64,000 nucleotides of DNA from positions 61,771 through 125,770 of the forward strand of contig JACJZG010000007.1 of assembly GCA_020635715.1 (NCBI GenBank), given 5' to 3'. Under the pieces are notes generated by a model. The model was not told where the DNA came from. It did no database searches and saw nothing but the letters and a program-made list of their open reading frames with translations. Position 1 is the first letter of the stretch. Every line of letters starts with the position of its first letter. Below, piece by piece: positions 59,150-64,000 of the stretch. The stretch is from Flavobacteriales bacterium (GTDB lineage Bacteria > Bacteroidota > Bacteroidia > Flavobacteriales_F > PHOS-HE28). The position numbers and the translations under genes were made by a program.

Positions 59150-59350
59150 GGCGCCATCTGTGGATGAATGGCATTTAGGCGTGTCGGCTCGTCCATCGGC
59201 TCGCTCAGGATGCCGCCTAAGTCGAGGCCGCCTGTAACGGTGGTGTTGATGAACTCGCCGGTGAAGGCGTCGTGGAGTTCGGCGTGGGAGCCGATGCCTT
59301 TGGCCCAGGAACCGGCGATATGATCCTCCAACTGCACGCGTCCCTTGCCG
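59150..59350 (-). repeat. diverged (~70% nt) duplicate of the paaZ 5' end (first ~50 codons) lying ~120 bp upstream of paaZ
   Basis: translation VQLEDHIAGSWAKGIGSHAELHDAFTGEFINTTVTGGLDLGGIL aligns to PaaZ MQLKNYIAGQWVAGSGKQAELVDASTGELIATTSSGGLDFGAML. Confidence 0.7.
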
Positions 59351-59404
59351 GATAGTCGGGAGGATCGAAGTTCGGCCCGGGTGACGGTAACTTCCTGACC
59401 TCCA

Positions 59405-60646
59405 TCACGGCACATACACCCGCCCTTGGTAGCGCCTTCCATCATCCGTGAGCAATTCCCAAAGCAAGGCTCCGCCGGGGCAGCCGAACCGCGACACGGA
59501 ACCCGTGATCCGCGTGGAACGCAGCAGCCTTCCGGAGAGGTCGTGGAGCGTGAAGAGGCCGGCGGAGGAAGGCGCCACGACCTCGAGCATGCCGGGAGCC
59601 ACGGAGCGTATTGCTGCAACACGATCCTCGACTTCCGCGATGCCCACACCGCTGACATGCCAGACCACCTGCGTCCAACTCCACGTATCGGTGAAGCCAC
59701 AGAGGTCGGTGTAGGTATGTGTGAATTCGTAGGATCCGGGTTCGAGCGCGAAGACGGGCTGCTGTGCGGTGCTGCTCTGCCCGTTGGAGCAGGTCCAAAG
59801 ATGCTGGCCCTCGCCCGGATGGAAGAGGGTGAGGGTGCTGGGTGGTGCCAGATCGGAACCGCTGATGTGCGCGCTCATGCCGGGCGATCCGAAGAGGCGC
59901 CACGTATCGGCACTGTCCAGCACAGCGGAACTGGCGATGGTCTGCAGGGCCGTTGCGACCTCTTGTTCCAAGGCGCTGGTGAACGGGGCACCCGAACAGG
60001 AGCTTTGGAAGATGGTCGTGTAGAAGACGCAGGCGGCCAGGTAGGTGCCGGCAGGGGTGGGGTGGCTGCCATCGGCTTCGTACAGGTCGATATCGGGTCG
60101 TTCCGTACGGACCCGTTGCCAGGCCGCACCCACGGCGGCCGCGCGCCCGAAGTTCTCCTCGGTCATGAGCAGATAGCGTTCGCGCAGGAGGTCCTGCATG
60201 CCTTGGTAGGTGCATACCGGCGGCCAGGTCGGGCATTGCTGCTCGTCCCCGTTCTCGCGCCCCCAGGTCATGTAGAAGACAGGAAGGGTGCATTCGTGGT
60301 TCAGCTTGATCAAGTCCACCAAGGCCCGCGCGGCACCGAGGCAGCTGGCGAGCGCCGTGTTGCTCGGATGGACGGAGGGGATCTGGCTTTGCTCCTGCAA
60401 CACCACCACATCCCAGGGTCGTGCATTGATCGCGTTGAGGGTGGGGCCGTACTCCCGATGCTGCTCCAACCGGAACCCACCGGGCGCGGAAAGGTCCACC
60501 TCCACCGTGTCACCGAGCGAGAGCGCCAGGAGCCTGAACGTGTTGGGCAGGTCGTTCTGGGTGGTGTAGCTGTTGCCGATGAAGAGTACGCTGGTGTGCG
60601 CTGGCAGGAAGGCGGGAAGCAGGATGAAGACCGGGATCAGCCGCAT
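59405..60646 (-). CDS. SGNH/GDSL-type hydrolase family protein with T9SS C-terminal sorting domain
   Basis: signal peptide; block I VLFIGNSYT; …DVVVLQEQS…; C-terminal ~80-aa CTD-like region. Confidence 0.6.
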   Translation of the reverse strand: MRLIPVFILLPAFLPAHTSVLFIGNSYTTQNDLPNTFRLLALSLGDTVEVDLSAPGGFRLEQHREYGPTLNAINARPWDVVVLQEQSQIPSVHPSNTALASCLGAARALVDLIKLNHECTLPVFYMTWGRENGDEQQCPTWPPVCTYQGMQDLLRERYLLMTEENFGRAAAVGAAWQRVRTERPDIDLYEADGSHPTPAGTYLAACVFYTTIFQSSCSGAPFTSALEQEVATALQTIASSAVLDSADTWRLFGSPGMSAHISGSDLAPPSTLTLFHPGEGQHLWTCSNGQSSTAQQPVFALEPGSYEFTHTYTDLCGFTDTWSWTQVVWHVSGVGIAEVEDRVAAIRSVAPGMLEVVAPSSAGLFTLHDLSGRLLRSTRITGSVSRFGCPGGALLWELLTDDGRRYQGRVYVP

Positions 60647-60783
60647 GCCGTCAAGGTATTGGTGCGTTCGCGGGCACCATCACTGCTGGTGGTCGTTGGT
60701 TCATTCGGTGAGGGTTGGTGTCGTTCTCCCCATGACCCGAACACTCCTTCAGCAGCCTACCTTCGATGGAGAACCAGCATACC

Positions 60784-62256
60784 ATGAAGCATATCAACGC
60801 TCTTCTCCTCGCGCTTCTACTTTCCAACGCGGCCCACGCGCAGACCGGCAACTACAGCCTCAACGCCAGCAGCGCCCTCAAGGTGGTGAACGTCGGTCCG
60901 GATGATGAGATGCTCGTGGTGGAGCGCCGCTTCGGTTTCGACAGTGCCTACGTGGAACTGCTGCATGCCGACGCCGACTGGACCTCCACAGCGCTGGCCT
61001 CCTACCGCTTCAACGCGGGGCTCTATTTCCTCTTCGATGCGGCGCGGCTCACATTGGGCACGCTCGTATCGGGACTCTTTCCCACACCGGGTGCATCATC
61101 GCTGCTTCTGCTGAACGACGACGGAAGCATCGCCTGGTCGAAGACGATCAGCGGCATGGAGGGTTCGCAGCGCCGCTTTCCCAAGCTCTTCGCGGAAGGT
61201 GATGACTTCGTGGCCTATTCCAATACGGATGGCTTCTTCTCGGATCTGTTCTATCGTTTGGAAGGCGATGCGGGCGGAACGACCTGGAGCGCGATGGAGA
61301 TCAGCACCAACGACGACGCGCCTCAACGGATCTACGAGGGCGTGGCCACAGGTACGGCGGGCGAGCACATCCTGGTGGGTGCGCGTACCGCTTTCGGTGA
61401 GGCGCAGATCCTCATAACCCGCATCAACAGCAGCGGCGTGGTGTGGATGAAGCAGTACGACCTGAACAGCCCGGAGACGCAGTTCGAGGAAGCCGTGGAC
61501 GCCATCAAGTTGAGCAACGGCGACTTCGCATGCGTGATGACCGCGCGAGAGACGGCCACCACCACCGCCGCCTTCGTCATGCGTTTCATGAACGATGGCA
61601 CGCCCGTGTGGACCACCAAGCTCAGCGAGGGTTCCGGGCTCTTCGGTTCGGCACTGACAGAGTTGTCCGATGGCAGCATCCTGGTGGCGGCATCTGCAGC
61701 GACGCAGCCGCGGGTGATCAGATTGGCAGCGAACGGTGAGCTGATGTGGGCCACGGCCTGCACCACCTGCTTCGGCGGTCTTGGTTCCTTCGTACGCACC
61801 GGCACCGGAGCGCTGATCGGTCACAACGGCGGCACCATTTTCGAATTCACTGAGGAGGGCATCGCATGCGACTTCACTACCACCAATGCGGTGAGCGCTG
61901 CACCCTATGCACCGGTGGTCACCGCGCTTGTTGCCAGCTCGACGCCGGTCACGCTCACCGCTGGCGATGTGCCCATGTTCACCCGTGTGCCGGTGAACGC
62001 GCTCACGCAGGGATGTGTGCTCAGCAGTGTACAGGAACGGGCGGGCACCACCGACCTTCAGGCCTGGCCAACGCCCACGCGGGACATCGTGCGGCTCGCC
62101 GGTGTGGGTAGTGGCGAACCCTTTGTGCTGCGTGCCATGGATGGCCGCACGATCAGCACCGGCAGCTATCGCGATGGCATCGACCTGCGCGACCTGCCGT
62201 CGGGCATGTACGTGGTGGAGATGTTGAAGAGCAGCGCGAGGGTGATGCGGGAGTAG
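60784..62256 (+). CDS. secreted protein with T9SS type A C-terminal sorting domain
   Basis: signal MKHINALLLALLLSNAAHAQ; C-terminal …AWPTPTRDIVRL…GMYVVEM…. Confidence 0.62.
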   Translation: MKHINALLLALLLSNAAHAQTGNYSLNASSALKVVNVGPDDEMLVVERRFGFDSAYVELLHADADWTSTALASYRFNAGLYFLFDAARLTLGTLVSGLFPTPGASSLLLLNDDGSIAWSKTISGMEGSQRRFPKLFAEGDDFVAYSNTDGFFSDLFYRLEGDAGGTTWSAMEISTNDDAPQRIYEGVATGTAGEHILVGARTAFGEAQILITRINSSGVVWMKQYDLNSPETQFEEAVDAIKLSNGDFACVMTARETATTTAAFVMRFMNDGTPVWTTKLSEGSGLFGSALTELSDGSILVAASAATQPRVIRLAANGELMWATACTTCFGGLGSFVRTGTGALIGHNGGTIFEFTEEGIACDFTTTNAVSAAPYAPVVTALVASSTPVTLTAGDVPMFTRVPVNALTQGCVLSSVQERAGTTDLQAWPTPTRDIVRLAGVGSGEPFVLRAMDGRTISTGSYRDGIDLRDLPSGMYVVEMLKSSARVMRE

Positions 62257-62304
62257 GGTGGGTGGCGCTGCTTGTCCCCCTATAGCCGGCCAAGAGCAGC
62301 CCCG

Positions 62305-63666
62305 TCACGGCAGTTGCTCGGTTCGCGTCGCGGTCGGCACCACGCCGCCGATCGTTTGCAGGATGATGTCGCGGTCGTTGTTGGTGCCAGTATACATGAT
62401 GGCCCCATCGAGGTTCACGTCGCGTGCATCATAGACGTTGCCGACCACGTTGGTGGGCACAGCGCCGCCAATACCTTGGAGGACCAGGTCGCGATCGTTC
62501 CCGTCACCGGCGTACTTCACCTGGCCATTGAAGGTGGCGTCGCCTGGCCACAGGCAGTGTACGCTGCCCACCTGCATCCGCGCCGTTGTTCCGTATATCG
62601 GAAGTGATCCGTTCCGAAGATCCACGGTCAGGGTGGAGTACAGGTCCTTGTTCAACCATTGAGGCGCGGCGGTCATCACGCCGAGGTGGTTGCGATGGCG
62701 GATCGCGATATGATAGAGGTCGGGGGGGAGTGGAGCTGTCAGGAAGGTGGATCCGTTCACGCCGACCACATCGCCATCGCGTTGGAGGAGGAATGGAGCT
62801 GAATACAGCACCGTTCCGGGTGAGGTCGCTGACCGCAGTTCGACCACGACCCAGTCCACGATCGCGTTGACACCGGTGGTATTGAGCACGTCCTGCGTGG
62901 TGCTGAGGGCGGTCGGGGAGCCGGTGTACAGATAGCCCAAGGCCGTGTAGGGCTCGGGTGAGCGGCAGCAGGTTCGCTGCACGGAGGTCATCGCGCATGG
63001 GTGCGAGGGCAAAGCACCGCCAAGGCCGCCTTTAAATGGAACTGTTGACCGCAGGTGGAGGAGCTTGCGGTACCGCCGGAGGACGTTGCACAATAGACCA
63101 CGTTCGATCCCCCCAGCAACCTGAGGACGTGTTCGGGGTGTACAGGATGACGGAATAGTCGTATCCGGTCGCGAGTGGTGTGTCGAAGCGCCAAAAGCCA
63201 TTGGCGAGCTGGCTCCATCCGTTCGGGAAGACACCGCTCAGGTAAAGGCCGTCCCGATCGATGGCATATTCCAGTCCGCTGCCGCATGGGTCCGGATTCC
63301 CCGGACTGCCGATGATGTCGAATGTACCCCTCCAGAACAGCGTACCCATTGTCGGTGGACAGGCTTGTCGAACCAGACCTCCGCTGAATAGGCCACATAA
63401 TGGTTGAAGCAGGCAGTGGTCGTTGCTATGCATCCCAGCTCATCGGTCACCATCACATCGACCGGGCTGTCCATCAGTGGTAAAGTGGGCAAGTAGGTGG
63501 AGAACGTCCCTTGTGCGAAGCTCTGGGCGTTGAGAACAACACCGTTCGAGCCGGTGAACGTGAGTTGATAGGGGAACACCGCCTGTGAGGTCGATCGTGA
63601 CGAAGGGGCGTTCGGCCCGCATTGGTTCGTCATCGATGGAAACGATCGACATTGGGAGTGCGCCAC
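62305..63666 (-). pseudogene. fragmented gene for a secreted repeat protein with Asp-rich (D-x-N-x-D-G) Ca-binding-like repeats; coding sense passes through three frames (at least two frameshifts), start not identifiable
   Basis: protein-like segments in three overlapping frames (63238-63666, 63032-63433, 62305-63000). Confidence 0.35.
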
Positions 63667-63850
63667 CAGTGGCAGCGATCCGACGAGCAGATTGAAGGTG
63701 GTCCTTTCATGTTGAAGTGGACATTACGCAAGTACCGCCATGGTTCAGACGTATCTCTTCCAAAAGGTTGTCGAACTTGAACGGCTGACTTCGATGACCA
63801 TCATCAGCGCCTCTTCCGAAAGGAAAGATACCTTGTTCATCGGTATCGAA

Positions 63851-64000
63851 TGCCGCATGGATGGATGAACTGAAGACTTGGTTCCTGCAGCCGGCGCTCG
63901 TCCGTCTGGCTGAGCTCGCCGCGCTATTCGTGGTGGTATGGCTGCTCGTGCGCCTGCTCAAGACACAGGTGAACCGGCGCGCGGCGGACAGCGACACCCG
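63851..64000 (+). CDS. 5' end of a membrane protein gene (possibly mechanosensitive-channel-like), truncated by window edge
   Basis: MDELKTWFLQPALVRLAELAALFVVVWLLVRLLK…; only 50 codons visible. Confidence 0.2.

Noticed and set aside
59086-59700. 204-aa minus-strand ORF
   Set aside because: First half is wrong-frame read of the SGNH hydrolase 3' end; second half is the diverged paaZ 5' pseudo-copy; not an independent gene.

Overview
High-GC (~65%) chromosomal segment with Bacteroidota/FCB-group hallmarks: type IX secretion cargo proteins with type A and type B C-terminal sorting domains, a PorP/SprF gene, Rho with a long RD/Q-rich N-terminal insertion, a four-helix-bundle protein, and a LemA–DUF2207 pair. 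Most of the window is ordinary housekeeping or accessory coding sequence. Products were assigned by reading the translated ORFs for conserved motifs; no database search was run. There are no rRNA, tRNA or CRISPR features.

The most notable observations are these.
1. A lower-GC (~45-55%) accessory region of ~5.6 kb lies immediately 3' of paaZ (51.4-57.0 kb). It is organised as a compact cassette-like array. Each small unit ends with a copy of the last ~85-380 nt of paaZ, including its stop codon. The array carries a DUF433/DUF5615 toxin-antitoxin pair, small membrane and secreted proteins and a low-GC PD-(D/E)xK-like gene. No integrase is visible in the window.
2. A diverged copy of the paaZ 5' end sits in the paaZ promoter region.
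3. A complete four-gene ligase-associated DNA damage response cluster is present (exonuclease – ATP-dependent ligase – Lhr-like DEXH helicase – PdeM). The helicase reading frame is broken by an in-frame TGA and a nearby frameshift.
4. A tandem array of 22 heptanucleotide repeats fills the intergenic space between rho and the four-helix-bundle gene.
5. A lipoprotein alpha/beta hydrolase carries a C-terminal Kazal-type domain.
6. A ~600-nt strand-asymmetric, G-rich non-coding stretch contains repeated GGGGTTC(G/A) hairpin motifs.

Three genes carry apparent frameshifts: the helicase, a beta-lactamase-family hydrolase and the terminal repeat-protein gene. These may be sequencing or assembly indels rather than biology.
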